From: Clarias gariepinus
Taxonomy: Eukaryota
NCBI RefSeq assembly: GCF_024256425.1
Contig: NC_071110.1
Location: forward strand, 2,188,274 to 2,252,273
Length of the DNA: 64,000 bases
Reading direction: 5' to 3'
Position numbers and translations under genes: made by a program. This document shows, piece by piece, positions 13,329 to 26,488 of this stretch. Position 1 is the first letter of the stretch. The number at the start of each line of letters is the position of its first letter. Under the pieces are notes generated by a model, which searched no databases, was not told the origin of the DNA, and saw only the letters and a list, made by a program, of their open reading frames with translations.

Positions 13329-14238
13329 CAGCTTTAGCTATTTTTTTACAGAAATTATAGTGAATGAAGGTGTAAAAGTGATTGATGTTTACAGAATACT
13401 TTAATCAAAGGACTGTGATGAGATTCTTAGCTGCAGTAAAACTTTTAAACAGGGCAGCCGTGAATAATGATCCCAGCCCCATCCTGATCCCATGAACATT
13501 CAAAGAGTGGAACGCCTGATGATTGAAAATCAACTAATTACTTGTCACCAACTTGCAGAAGAGACACATCTGTCTGGTGTCAGAAACTTTGCTAAAAGTT
13601 ATTGCCACATATCCTGTACAGTCCTGCCCTTGCTCCAAGCCATTTTGCAAATAATTGAGCTTTAAATAGTTCCTGGGAAATTCTTCCGAAAAAATGTGTT
13701 ATGCTTTAACAAAATAACTGTTATGTTATTTAAGCACCTGTGAAATGCTGGGACAAGTGAATTGGTGTAGCATGGGTTTCTGGAGAAATAAGTGAAGGTT
13801 CTACTTTCACAAAGTTATTTGCACAATCAAAAGTCACACTTTTTCTTGAACACCCCTCTTTTGACTAAGCCAGATCTAACCTCCTGTACATTTAAATTTC
13901 TTCCTTATTTTAAAGAAAAGACAACAAGCTAAAATTTAATGACCAATATACATTTTACATAACATTATAATAAATTAGATCATCTGGTAAGATAGAAGGC
14001 AAGCAGAAGTCTTTCTTGTGTTCGGTCATGTGGTCCACACAAAAAATAGGACACCATGAAGTATTTATAAATAATACTGAAATAGTAATATGTTTATCAA
14101 TGGCATCAAGGCTTAAGTCACTTTGAAATATTACATGTGTTAGAATTAGTCACTCAGTAGAATAAATGAGACACTAGGACATATCTGAATCTTTAAATCA
14201 TTAGGTTGCTCTGGTATCATTAAGTATCATTACTGTAA

Positions 14239-17133
14239 AGCCCAATCCCAATTCTACCCCTGCACTTAGCCCTACCCCTCCGTTTGGTTGGACGGGTAGG
14301 GGTAAGGGTAAGGGCCAGATAGCCCTCTAAACGAAGATTTTTCGGGACCTCACTTCAAACGAAGGGCCAAGCGAAATTTTCAACATGGCTGCTCACTGGA
14401 GCAAGCAGACCCATAAATGTAAGTATTTTTGCCATTAATAAGGATTTTTATGAGAAGTTTTCATTATATGTATATTACCTTTAGTCTTGTGTTAGTTTAT
14501 ATGGTGATGTTCTATGGAGCGATATCTCGGACAGTATTCAAAAGGAATTGCAAAGTGTGCCATAATTCAAATGCAATTGCAAACTTTGCATTACCGTTTG
14601 CTGTTTCGCCTTCGTGAACGCACACTGACTGCCACATTTCAAATGAAAAAGAAAAGTCCATTTGCGTTTGTATTTCCCATATTTTACAAGTCATAAACCT
14701 GCCATATTTAAATAGCAAAATCAATGACCACGTTTGCTTTTTCACTTTCTCTGCGTCACGCATCAAGCCGGCCAAAATTCAAATGCAATCGCTAATCCAT
14801 TTGCAATTGCATTTCCAACATGTTACACGGAAACCTGTCAATCAGCATCAGGGGCGGGTCTTTACTGTGGGGCGGGATTGTGTGGGGAGTGACGTCACTC
14901 GCAGTCGCCGACCAAGAGGGGGAAATTTGAGCAATGGAGGTGAACCGAGATTATCTCATTTGTTTATCAAGAAATAAACACACAAAAATGACAAATCGCA
15001 CATTTTCTTACTCTGAAGTGGCAGAGAAGCTATTACAAATAAATATATTTTTTTAGATCTTCTCCTGCTACCGCCTGCTGAAGCCAAATCTGTTAGAAAC
15101 GCTGCTTACCGGAGCTTTATAGTGATGGAGTCACTAAGTGACTCCATCGCTATAAATGGACTGTATAAAAAGTGCATAACCAAGACTCAACCGCTTGTTT
15201 ACAGAAGAATACACAAAATTACAGAAAAATACCTCACAGGACATTACACTGTTAGGCTACAGAATGGATTATTTGTTTATTAATTTGTTTGTTTAATTGA
15301 TTAATAAATATTTCAATGTACATTTTAAAATAAATGATTACACAGACAATTCTTGTGGCAATAAAACAGATAATTTGTTAAATGAGAGTTATGGTGTTTT
15401 TTATTATTAAAATAATAATCATTGTGAAGATATGTATGAAAATGAATGCACCTTGGTACAGTCTATTATGAGTTGCAAAAATGACAATTAAATCAACAAA
15501 ATTCAATAACTTTTTTGCTATGGAAATTTGGCAATTAGAAAATGTAAAACCAACTGTACTATAATGCATTCTATCCTCGCTAATAACTACAACCCTTCCC
15601 TTTTGCAATGATCAGTTTGATATTAATTCAGTTAATTTGTTTATTCATTTTTTGAAAAAAATAAAATAAAAATGAAATCAAACTGAAACTGATAGAGTGG
15701 ATTATAGTACAACTGGTTTTACGTGTGTAATCCACATAACAAAAAAGCTATTGAACTTTATTTTTGTAATGTTATGCGCTAAAATGCCTCCACGGATTTC
15801 CCCTCCCCCCACATAACCTCTATCAAATATTATATTAGACTAAAATTAATAGGTTTATGCTTTACAAATTGCACCAAACGAATTTGATTATAAAATTAGC
15901 AATATTAAAAAAGACATGTTGTATTGGGAAAAATTATATAAATTATATATTTTTTTCATATATATATATATTTTTTTAAATTGCTTATTTATAATAAAAA
16001 CCGCGTCGTGTAATTTTTCATCATAAACAATATTTATTTAGTGTAAACATTTTTGTATTACATGACAAACCCCTGCAAAATAAATGTTCCACAAAATATA
16101 CATTATATGAGAATTTGTATTACGTGTCTTTATTTTCCTGCATTAATTTGTAACTTGCCTAGGGTTAATTATATTAGTAATAATATATTTGATAATAATA
16201 ATAATTATTATTATTATTATGATGTCCTAATATATTTAAAAGAGATTTTGTGGGGGTTGCAATCCATGACAGGGGGCATTTTATCGCATAACACAACTTT
16301 ACTGCTGTTCACCTTCATTGCTCAAATTCCCCCCTCTTGGTCGGCGACTGCGAGTGACGTCACTCCCCACACAATCCCGCCCCACAGTATGGACCCGCCC
16401 CTGAGGCTGATTGACAGGTTTCCGTGTAACGTGTTGGAAATGCAATTGCAAATGGATTAGCGATTGCGTTTGAATTTTGGCCGGCTTGAAGCGTGACGCA
16501 GAGAAAGTGAAAAAGCAAACGTGTTCATTGATTTTGGTATTTAAATATGGCAGGTTCATGACTTGTAAGATATGGGAAATACAAATGCAAATGGACTTTT
16601 CTTTTTCATTTGAAATTTGGCAGTCAGTGTGCGTTCACGAAGGCGAAACAGCAAACGGTAATGCAAAGTTTGCAATTGCATTTGAATTATGGCACACTTT
16701 GTGCGTCCACATATGGGAAACGCAATTGCAAATATAATTTGCTATTCCTTTTAAATATTGTCCGGGATATCGCTCCATAATGTTCTGTAAAGAAACGCTT
16801 GCAAAAAAATCGCTAAAGTTTGCTAGCGGATAGCACCGATTGCACGATATTACAAAAATATTTTTTTATGTCATATACACTTTACTGCATGCTACAAACA
16901 AATATGAAAGTTCAGTAGCACGGCAGTTTGCCGAGCATTTGATAACACATTGTTTGTTTTGCTTACGGCCATATGTGAACATGTAAATGAACAGATACGT
17001 ATGATGACGTATAACCGTGTTGTAGTGGTGTCCCATTTCTTAGGGGAAATATTTTAACCCTTCACCTTTCCACTTCGTTTCAAGGGACAAGGTGTAGGGG
17101 AAAGGGTAGAAAATAAAATTGGGATTGGGCTTA
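14239..17133. mobile_element. Non-autonomous inverted-repeat element: about 0.75-0.85 kb inverted arms around an AT-rich 1.3-kb core with no transposase
   Basis: Arm 1 (about 14239-14960) and arm 2 (about 16300-17133) are reverse complements of each other, with a roughly 80-bp indel. ORFs 14512..14775(-) and 16477..16737(+) translate to nearly the same peptide, as do 14783..14977(+) and 16299..16559(-). The core is AT-rich with (AATAATTATT)-like runs. Confidence 0.7.
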
Positions 17134-17419
17134 AGTATCATTAAGTTTTAATTTTATAAATCACTCCAAATATAATTAAATCACCCTGGAGTAAGGATTA
17201 TTTGCTCATTAGTACCATTAAGTTCCCCCAGAGCACTTTTTACTTACAATATTCCAGAAGTATAATTTGTTTTCGGGTACCTATGCATTTAATTGCACTG
17301 TAGTTTCCCAGGAGGTTACGCTAATTAACTACAGCGTTTTTTGTAATATTTGTAATGCATTAAGGGTACCTTTCAATCACTCCATATGCATATAACTTAC
17401 TTTTGAGTAATGATATTTA

Positions 17420-19545
17420 CATTTACATTTAGGCATTTGGCAGACGCTCTTATCCAGAGCGACTTACAAAAAGTGCTTTAATGTTTACATAATTGGATAC
17501 ATATTTACACTGGGTTAACTAGGTTAATAACTAAGTGCCATTAGTCCAACACAACTAAGAAGAGGTTTTTTTTTTTGAACTAGGTTAGTCCAAGTACGGG
17601 AGAAACAGATGAGTCTTGAGTCGTCGTTTAAAGATAGTCAAAGTCTCTGATGTACAGACATCTAGAGGAAGTTCATTCCACCACCTAGGTGCCAGAACAG
17701 AGGAAAGAGCCTGGATGAATGCCGCCCTCGATCCCTGAGAGATGGTGGGATGAGGCGAGCAGTGCTGGAGGATCGGAGGGAACGTGGTGCAGTGCGTGGT
17801 GTAATTAGCGCAGAGAGGTAAGTGGGTGCTGGGCCATTTTTAGCTTTGTAGGCAAGCATCAGTGCAGGGAGCGGAGGAGTGGGGTGGTGTGGGAGAACTT
17901 GGGGAGGTTAAAAACAAGATGTGCTGCTGCATTCTGGATCAGTTGCAGAGGACGAATCGTGGACAGAGGCAGGCCTGCCAGGAGTGAGTTGCAGTAGTCC
18001 AGTCTTGAAATAACAAGGGACTGAACAAGCACCTGAGTAGCCTGTGAAGAAAGAAATGGGCGAATTCTTCTGATATTGTAAAGAAAAAATCGACAAGAGC
18101 GAGTAAGGTTAGCGATGTGTGGGGAAAATGACAAATGATTGTCCACGGTTACCCCAAGATTGCGGGCGGTGGCTGAAGGAGTGATTTGGTTGTTGTCCAT
18201 GGATATCACAAGGTCTTGACCTGGAGATGAGTCACAAGGGATAAACAACAGTTCAGTTTTACTGAGGTTGAGCTTCAGCTGATGAGCAGCCATCCAAAAT
18301 GAGATGTCTGCCAGACATGCTGAGATCCGGGTGGAAACCTGAGCGTCAGAGGGAGGAAAGGAGAGAACAAGTTGGGTGTCAAGAATTTTGGAAATAAAAG
18401 ATAGCAGTGATACCGGGCGATAGTTGTTAATTTCTGATGGGTCCAGGCAGGGTGCATTTCTTGAGGATGGGAATAGCCCTCGCCTTCTTAAAAGCGGCAG
18501 GAACATGACCAGATGATATGGATTGGTTGATGATGGCTGTGGTGAAGGGAAGGAGGTCCCGTGAGATGGCCTGGAGCATTGTGGAAGGGATTGGGTCTAA
18601 TGAACAGGTGGTGGGGTTAGATGACGAGATGATCTGTTGAATCTCATCAGATGACAGGTTGGAAAATTCTGCTAAAGGAGGGAAGGAAAGGTCCTGAGGT
18701 TCTGCCGTAGGAGCTTGGTTGAGAGCGAAGGACTGGCGGATTGCTGCAATCTTCCCATCGTAGAATGTGGCAAAATCGTCAGCAGTCAGAGAGGAAGGGG
18801 CAGGAGGAGTCGGTGGGTTGAGTAGTGAGGAGAAGATGTTGTGGAGTTTGCCAGGATCATGTGCAGAGGCTTCCAACTTTTTTCTGAAGAAGGTAGTTTT
18901 GGCAGAAGTCACAACACATGAGAATTTGGAAAGAAGAGTCTGGTAAGAGATGAGATCTGCATCAAGTTGCGATTTCTTCCATCTTCTCTCCGCATTTCTT
19001 AATTCTTTCCTGTTGTTGTGCAGTACATCAGATAGCCAAGGAGCAGGACAAGACGTCTTCCTTGGTTTAGATGACAGCGGGCAAAGGAGATCTATGGATG
19101 AGGAGAGAGAGGAGAGGAAAGTTTCAGTCGCAGTCTCTAGTGGTAAAGAGGAGAAGGAGTCTGGGTCTGGGAGGAATGATAGGGTGTATGAAGACACAGA
19201 GGAAGGCGAGACAGAGTGAAGGTTTTTGCGGGTAAAAGAGACATTTTGGTGGTTAGGTTTACATAGAATGGGAAGGGTTATTGTGAAGGATACCAGGTAA
19301 TGATCAGATTTATGAAGAGGAATAGTAGTGATATCTGTGACTGGGGAAGGGCGGCAGAAAACAAGGTCGAGAGAATTTCCTGCCTTGTGTGTAGGAGGGC
19401 AGCTGTTTAGAGTTAAAGAGAAGAAGTTAAGGAGAGGGAGAAGGAAAGAGGATTGGAGTTTATCAGATGGAAGGTTGAAATCTCCTAGAACAGTGAGAGG
19501 AGTGTTAGCTGCACCAAAATAACTTCAGTGCCTTCTGGTTAGTGT
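17420..19545 (-). mobile_element. L2-type LINE, 5'-truncated with internal deletion of the RT core
   Basis: The 3' tail at 17420-17640 carries tttacatttaggcatttggcagacgctcttatccagagcgacttaca. C-terminal RT reads ...[14 protein letters not shown]...KTHLF. RT N-terminal and ORF linker regions lie at 18427..19197. Relative to the copy at 45881..47017, the sequence jumps from SKILDTQL straight to VLSFPPSD, with no YADD motif. Confidence 0.8.
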
Positions 19546-19725
19546 GTTGGACTTAAGATCTAATTGGGCATATGTCTTTACCACTTTTGGTAAATATTTA
19601 GTTAGGGCCAGTGGTGGCTCAGTGTGGTAAAGCTTGGAAAATAGGTGCTTTCTCAGCTTTGAAAGGGTTCTTGGGCCCTTTACCAGGGGCTCTAAATAAT
19701 GGCTGACCCAAGCCTACTAACAAAA

Positions 19726-19849
19726 AGCTGGGATATCTAAAGAATTTGTAATGTACAGTACATGTGATGAGTAAAGGCTGAACTTGTTTAATTTGTTAAG
19801 ATTAGCCTTTACTTGTCACATGTACTGTACATTACAAATTCTTTAGATA
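19726..19849. repeat. Long hairpin: 48-bp imperfect inverted repeat with a 24-bp loop
   Basis: gatatctaaagaatttgtaatgtacagtacatgtgatgagtaaaggct ... agcctttacttgtcacatgtactgtacattacaaattctttagatatc, with 2 mismatches between the arms. Confidence 0.7.
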
Positions 19850-21127
19850 TCCTTTTCACGAAAGGTTGTGGTACATTTGTTTTTTGTTGAAAATAATAAA
19901 TAATCAGTCAAATAAAAATATGCTCTGAGATGCTTGAAACAAAATGTTAAAATAATTCCTAAGAAACAATGGTGAAACAGGTTTTGATCTTATGCAAATA
20001 TGACCTGGAATGATGAAATATTGAGCAAATTTCTTGATAAAAATATTTAATTTATAGTGCAACTAAATATAAGAATCATTGTTACATGCAGTATGAGTGA
20101 GTCTTTATCTGTGCATTTAAAGTCCTTGGTTCACAAGGAACAGATGGAGAGTGACCGTGAGTCCCCAGTGATGATTCCTACCCTGGGTCTCAGGCTGGCT
20201 GAGGAAATGTAGAAGCAGATGTATGAGCTGGATCAAGGGTTTGGAGAATTTGACTCGGGATTAAATGAGCATGTAGAATTAGTAAAGGAAAAGAAGATGA
20301 AGAAGAAGAAAGGAAAAGAAGATTTAAACATTTTATTCATTTCAGTTTACATCATTAAAAAATCTTTTTTTACTGATCCTTTTGAGCTCTTTGATGCTTT
20401 GCAAACTAAGCTACCGGTCAAAATTTAGACACATATTTTAATTCCATGGTCTTTCCTGATTTTTTTTTTTCTCTACATTAAAAAAAAAAACATCCAAAAA
20501 CATGCAATAATCTCCTTTGAACAGTTGAGATTTAGATGTGTCTGCTGCTTATGCTTTGTAAAGCCTTCATAACGGCTCTAATCTGAGGTACTGTTAATTG
20601 GTGACTTTTCAGACTGGTGTTCAATAAGTGAACTTCTCCTCTGCAGAGGTAAGTTTTGGTCTTGGTTTCCTGGAATGGTATTCATGACAGCCAGTTTCAT
20701 CATGGTGATTGATGGATTTTCCAAAAGCATTTGCCAATACTGCCCTGGCAAGACCTTTTTGAGAAGCTGTCCTAAAAAAACAACTGACTGGTTACTGTTA
20801 TTACTTAATAACCTAATGCCATATGTGATTTCATAGTCTTTAAATCTCAGAAATTATATAACAAAAAACTTTTAATTAAAAGGTTTGTCCAAACTTTGCC
20901 CAATTACCTTTATGTGACACTGTGTGTTATTTGCCTTACAGCCTTTACAACACATTTAAACTGTTTCTTTTACTCTTTCTGTCTGTGATTTTTACAACAG
21001 TACAAGCTGCTGAATTTGGTCTGCCGCTCTCTGGTTAATAAAACCCTCTTCTCCTCAGCTCCTGGTGAAGTGTACTGTGATAAAGAAGGGTCGCTGTGGA
21101 GTGAAATCGAATTCCTGGGGAATTTTA

Positions 21128-21300
21128 TTCTTTTAATAGCCTTTGAAGGCGAAAATTGCCTACTTAACTGCAGTAGAAACAGCCCTGCTTCTCTCGCTGA
21201 CGTTGGCGTGCCTCGGGAGATATTCGGGCCCGGTCGACCTTCATAGGCTGGACAGGGAAATCAGCGGTTTGTGTGTGTGTGTGGTTGGGGGGGGGTTTGG
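21128..21300 (-). mobile_element. Isolated fragment of the Gypsy gag CCHC region (second copy)
   Basis: About 90% identical to 13063..13215, including the downstream G-run. Confidence 0.6.
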
Positions 21301-24300
21301 TCTTGTCCACGCTATCTTAGCTTTAAAACCATCAGCGGGTTTGTGCCAAAGTCCACTGTTTAATGAATTGAGTTTATAGCTTTAGAGTTCATGCAAACAT
21401 CTTCTTAGCTTCTTATCATTAGTAGTACATGCTGGAGCTAATGATATACGCCTTCGTCAGTCAGAGGTTAAAAAGAGTAACTTTTCAGAGGCGATGTCCG
21501 ATAAAGTAGTTTGCTCTGGTCCCATGCCAATGAGACGTGACGACATACTTTAAATAGTTCCTGGGAAATTCTTCCAAAAAATGCGTACTGAGAAACTTTT
21601 TACCTGTTAATTTATTCAAGCACTTGTGTAATGCTGGGACAAGTGGCACACTAGAGCATTGTCTGTGTCACAGTCAGCACCAAGGTAGCTCTGTGAGACT
21701 TGTTCTCTGTGTAAAAATGTGTTTAAGAATTGATCCTCTACCTCTGGTGGAAATTTAGAGCATACAGTACAGTATATCCATACGTTGTGTGGACTTTCAC
21801 TTATACTGTATCCACCGATTATCATGTTGTTTCTACCCCTGGTAACAGCTGTTTGAGAAGCTCATTATCTATGTAGGTTCTCCCTCTCATCTATACTGGT
21901 GTGTCCAAAGCAGAGAAAAGCAACATATTTGGCACAAGCTTTGCAGCAGGAATTACTGGAAAGATTTCAAGCATGGCACCTAACTTGATTTTTTTATGCC
22001 TATGGGCTTTCTTTTTGGGTTGACGTTAGATTGCTTTATGTTGCTTAATGAACAATATTTGTCCAGTGATATATCCCACATCTGGGGTCTGGCTGATGAG
22101 GGCCAGGACATGTCCACACACTTAGACACTTGTCTAAGTTTCCTTGTTCTTTGGACTGGGGACATGAGGTGCCTAGTTGGTGTGTGGCACCACAAAGAGG
22201 AATAACAGCAGTCTTGACAGTGTAGAGGCTATGTATTTGGGGGTATATTGAGGCTCTTTTTTGCCCATCAAGGTCCTGGAAGCATAAAGCTATTCTTATA
22301 ATAGCTGAGGGTATTTGATTTAGTTATGCTTTGTGTCATTTCATGTGGTTTGTGGTTTCAGTATTTTAACACTTCTCTGCCTTCAAGTCTGAAAAAAGCT
22401 CTGGCTGACAAATTGAAGCAGTTCAGCAAGTATCAACTAGCCAAGTACAACACATGCAAACACCGCTGTAAACAAAGCAATAAAAAGGCAAAAGTGCATA
22501 TGCACACAAACATAGCCATAAATCTTTCTGTGATCATCATTACTTTACTGTTCCTTTCTTGGTTCCACTGAACAATGAAATAAATGGGCAAGGCTCCTTT
22601 TATCTGAAAAATGTGCTCTTTGGGGATATGCGAGTGTTTCTCACAAATTATTTTCTGATAAGTGCATGTTTATCTTTTTCTAATTGGCTGGGGTCTGAGG
22701 CTGTGTTCCAATGTTGTTTTACACTTACTTTTTTTAGGTCTCTTTGACCTAAAATTAAACAGATACTTCTGGGAAAAGAAATACTGTAAGAGACCTATAT
22801 TGTTATAACTCAGTTTTGTCTAGATTTTTTTTAAACAATCAAAAAAAAATCTAAAATACTACAGAGCAGTAATAGTCATATATGTGTGTGGATGTGTGTG
22901 GATGTGTGTGTGTTTGGCATTAGCTGCAGATAAACCAGCGACCAGTGGTTAAAAAACAAGAAGAGTTTAATATAAAGAAACTGATAAATCAACTCCACAT
23001 CAAAGAATCGGCAGAGTTGGTCATGAGCATCCTTGGAAAAAAGTATGTACAGTAGTACTGAGACGCACACAACATGTACAGAAGAGGAGTGCATATAGAA
23101 TAGTGCAAATCCCAAATTTGCAGGGTGTAAAAGTTAGGGGCAAGTGGATTTGTTTGTTAATGTCTTCAAAATCAGGTTTAGTTAGATTTAATCAATAAAG
23201 TGGCGACACCAAGAAGACAAAAAACATCCCCAGAAAGATGTGATGACTTCACTAAGACTTTGCAACAAATATACTGTAGACACACTAGGGCATAAGCAAA
23301 CAAGCTAATTAAGGGCAAACATGAAAAACAGATTAACATAATCAAAATCAAATAAATGACAATGACAAATTGAAGTTAGAAACCAGTACAAGAACTAAAA
23401 ACTGAAACTTGGACATGCAAATATTCTGTGTGTGTATAAAGGTATCCAGCGGATGTAAATACATTCTGGCGCAGAGGGCTCAGTGGGGTGTGTCAGAGTG
23501 AAAGAGCCAATTGGGGAATGAGACTGAAGCAGCCAAAAACGTGGGAGATGCTGCGGGGTCAGGAAGGAAACATCGCTCAGAACATACACATTAATTTAAG
23601 TTTGTGATTATAAATTGCAAAGCTGCTGTTACAGACCGACTCTCTGACCAGTCAGCAAGGGCATCACTAGACCACCTTTACTGTAATAGATCTGCTGGGC
23701 CCCAGAAAAATCTCATCTTCGAGTTTTAACAAGATTCATTATTTAGCAGTACTTTAGATAATAAATTGGAGGGATATTTTTTTCTCGTCCACAATGTCAA
23801 AGCAATGCAGTTTATCCCAAACAATCAGGATTTTGGTATGATAAAAAGACGGAACTGAAATAAGTTATAAATTATTATTTTTTTTTAAGTCATAAATAAA
23901 AAATACAAATTATCTAATTTGCAATAGATTGGCACCCTGTCCAGGGGTCAGCTGCCTTGGGCTCTATGTCTCTTGGGATAGGCTTCAGCCTATCCATGAC
24001 CTCATCTACAGGATAAAGTAGTATAGACAATGATGACTATGACAATGATCATATTTTGATTCAAGCATTACTGGCCCTTGAAGATATGCATCAAAAAAGT
24101 ATTTGGAGGGAGCAGAAACGGGACTGCAGTAAAGATAAATAAGAGAGAGAGGTAAGACCTGCCTGGAGTCCTGTTTAAATGACCAAATGATGTACCGTTT
24201 TGCCAAAATAAAAATTAGACCATTAGACTTAATGTTCAGAAAAAAAGTTAACTGTCTCAGTTTTAACCTGGAGTTGGACATAAGAGGCACTCTTAAAACC

Positions 24301-24590
24301 TCTGGAGAATAATATATTTACTTTTAGATTAAATACTGTATTCACTCTCCATCCACTTGTAAAGAATTAATTAATGTATACAGTAAAACTTTGGATTGTG
24401 AATAACTTTCTGTGAGTGTTTTGCGAGATGAGCAAAAATATAAAATACATTTTAACTTGATAAACAAGCGAGGTTGTGACTGTAGTCACATGATCACAAC
24501 TGAACCAATAGTTCTTCTCTCGCGATTGTGTGTAATTCCGTGCTCTGTGTCGTAAAGTCAATATCCGTACGCACATATCCTGTTTAATAT

Positions 24591-25175
24591 CAGAGGTGGG
24601 AATTAGAGTTACATTTGCTCCATTACATTTACTTGAGTAACTTTTTGAAACAAATGTACTTCTATGAGTCTTTTTACTGCACCATACTTTTTACATTTAC
24701 TTGAGTAGATTCGTGAAGAAGAAACGCTATTCTTACTCCGCTACATACGGCTACATTCAAATCCCTACTTTTCTAACCGTTTATTCTACACATGCAGCCG
24801 GTGGATCTAACGTATGACTATTTCACCAATCAGACGCAGCAACAATAATCACGACACCGTTTGACCAATCAGACGCAGTAACAATAACCACATGTAGTCA
24901 CATGACCACACTCAAACTGCTTGCATAGCGTGGAAAAGAAACTTCAAACTTATTTATAATAATTTATACAATTATTATAATTCCTAAAAAATAATAAATC
25001 AGACATTACAATTGAAAAGTTACTCAGTACTTGAGTAGTATTTTCACTGAATCCTTTTTTTTGAGTAATATTTTGGATGACTACTTTTTACTTCTACTTG
25101 AGTAATATTATTTTTTAATATTAAGTACAGTTACTCTTATTTGAGTACATTTATTGGATACTCTACCCACCTCTG
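24591..25175. mobile_element. Tol2-like hAT non-autonomous element (MITE) with 8-bp target-site duplication
   Basis: The termini are CAGAGGTGGG...CCCACCTCTG (Tol2 begins CAGAGGTG). There are multiple subterminal tacttgagta repeats in both orientations. The flanking 8-mers are tttaatat (24583-24590) and tttattat (25176-25183), matching at 7 of 8 positions. There is an internal tandem accaatcagacgcag(c/t)aacaataa. Confidence 0.75.
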
Positions 25176-25776
25176 TTTATTATAATATTGTGACGATGTG
25201 TGTTTCCAATTAAAGCGTCTTTTCTTTTGTGTAACTGCTCTTTAGTGAATGTACTGCAACACCAAACCCCCTATAAAGAAAAAGGCTAATCACGCAGGGC
25301 ATCAGCCTCAAATGACTCAGCTCAAAGGTGTGTCTCTTGCTCTCTTTCTCTTTTTCCTATGTGGGATTCGTCAAAAAAATACCAAAGAAATTTAGACATT
25401 GCCTGACAGCGGGCTGACAGAGTCTATGCGTTACGCTCCAGATTCCTTTCATCCCTGGTTTATATTATTCAAAACTTGAAGTAAACCAGAAAGCCAGGTC
25501 TGTATATAACAGTTAGTGTTCACTAATAATCTTCTGTCTTGAACGCTTTTTTTATTGCTGCTTGCTGATTTCTTATTTTTTTAAATATATTTTCTTAATA
25601 TGATTAATCTTTTATTTAATTTTCTTAATATGATTCAAAAGCTACCCTGATTTTTAAATTCAAAAGTTGTCTTACTGTATGACCGTTAAGCCTTTATACA
25701 TCACATTTTAGTCACAATGTACTTAAATAAATTTTTATACAAGTCGATGAGAAAGTCAGGTACGTTGTGTTTTTAG

Positions 25777-25917
25777 GTGTTGCTCCTGGTCATGATGATC
25801 TGCTACTGTAGTGAGCACGCACAGCTCCTCCTGGCAGACAGCAATGGTTTTCAGGAAGTGCAGATTAAGTCAGATTGGCTTTTAGAGAATGTAAGAAAAG
25901 TGTCCAAGCTGCTCAAG
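25777..25917 (+). CDS. Candidate coding exon (47 codons, phase 0-0) with a hydrophobic signal-peptide-like start
   Basis: It is preceded by the acceptor ttttag and followed by the donor gtcagt. It translates to VLLLVMMICYCSEHAQLLLADSNGFQEVQIKSDWLLENVRKVSKLLK. I have no homology assignment for it. Confidence 0.3.
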
Positions 25918-26366
25918 GTCAGTCATTAAGTTTTAAATATTTGTCTAATATCTGTGTTTTTTTCCCTATAAGACTTTAGTTTATAATTCTTTTTAATGTT
26001 GCAATTTGGAATTGTTGAAATCTGATCCAAAGAACTGCAGAACACATTTATATTTAATAAAATTATAACTGTTATTGAAACACATACACATATATGTACA
26101 TATACTGTAATTGTTATAAATAATTAAGTTAACACTAAATGAAAATCAGAAAATCCATGTTCATGATGTTGTAAAAGGTTGTAAAATGCTGGGAGGACTG
26201 GGAGGATTCATTCCAAAAAATCCCGCACGAAACCATTTTCTCCAAGCTTCTTGAGGTGAAAACAAATGTCTTCACTTAAATATGATCTGAACTTGAATAT
26301 TTAAAATAATTTTTATTTATCTTTAATGTAATATTTAAATGTGTTTGTGTCTTATTTGTTACTCAG

Positions 26367-26488
26367 GCGAACAGCATCATCATAATGGGCGATTTTGCGA
26401 CTGAATGGGTGTTGACGTGTGCGGGTAAAAGATTCAAGAGAATGTCAATCTGTGAACCTTTATTGGTGAAGATTTTATTCAACCAGTC
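26367..26488 (+). CDS. Candidate coding exon, continuing from 25777..25917 (possibly via a small exon at 26178..26255)
   Basis: It follows the acceptor ttactcag and translates to ANSIIIMGDFATEWVLTCAGKRFKRMSICEPLLVKILFNQS. It ends either at the TGA at 26490-92 or at the overlapping consensus donor tcGTGAGT. Confidence 0.25.

Larger units (their letters stand above)
10000..13330 (-). mobile_element. Gypsy/Ty3-type LTR retrotransposon internal region (gag-PR-RT-RNaseH-INT), degenerate
   Basis: The domain order on the minus strand is colinear. A gag CCHC knuckle is at 13053..13328 (CFHCGQIGNF). Protease is at 12716..12976 (LIDSGSD). RT is at 12008..12352 ([31 protein letters not shown]). The RNase H/connection region is at 11460..11786 (FVVEVDAS). 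Integrase is at 10685..10993 (GHPGEAHTLYLLQQRFWW...DIVSDHGPQF...GYHPKSNDQ). All are separated by frameshifts. Confidence 0.75.

Noticed and set aside
16053-16460. 135-aa ORF in the AT-rich core of the inverted-repeat element
   Set aside because: It is asparagine- and tyrosine-rich from (AATAAT)n-like sequence, it runs into the inverted arm, and it has no support as a coding sequence.
19328-19522. 64-aa ORF on the + strand (MISVTGEGRQKTRSREF...), also seen at 47546..47788(-)
   Set aside because: It is antisense to the LINE endonuclease domain and recurs only because the LINE recurs. It is not an independent gene.
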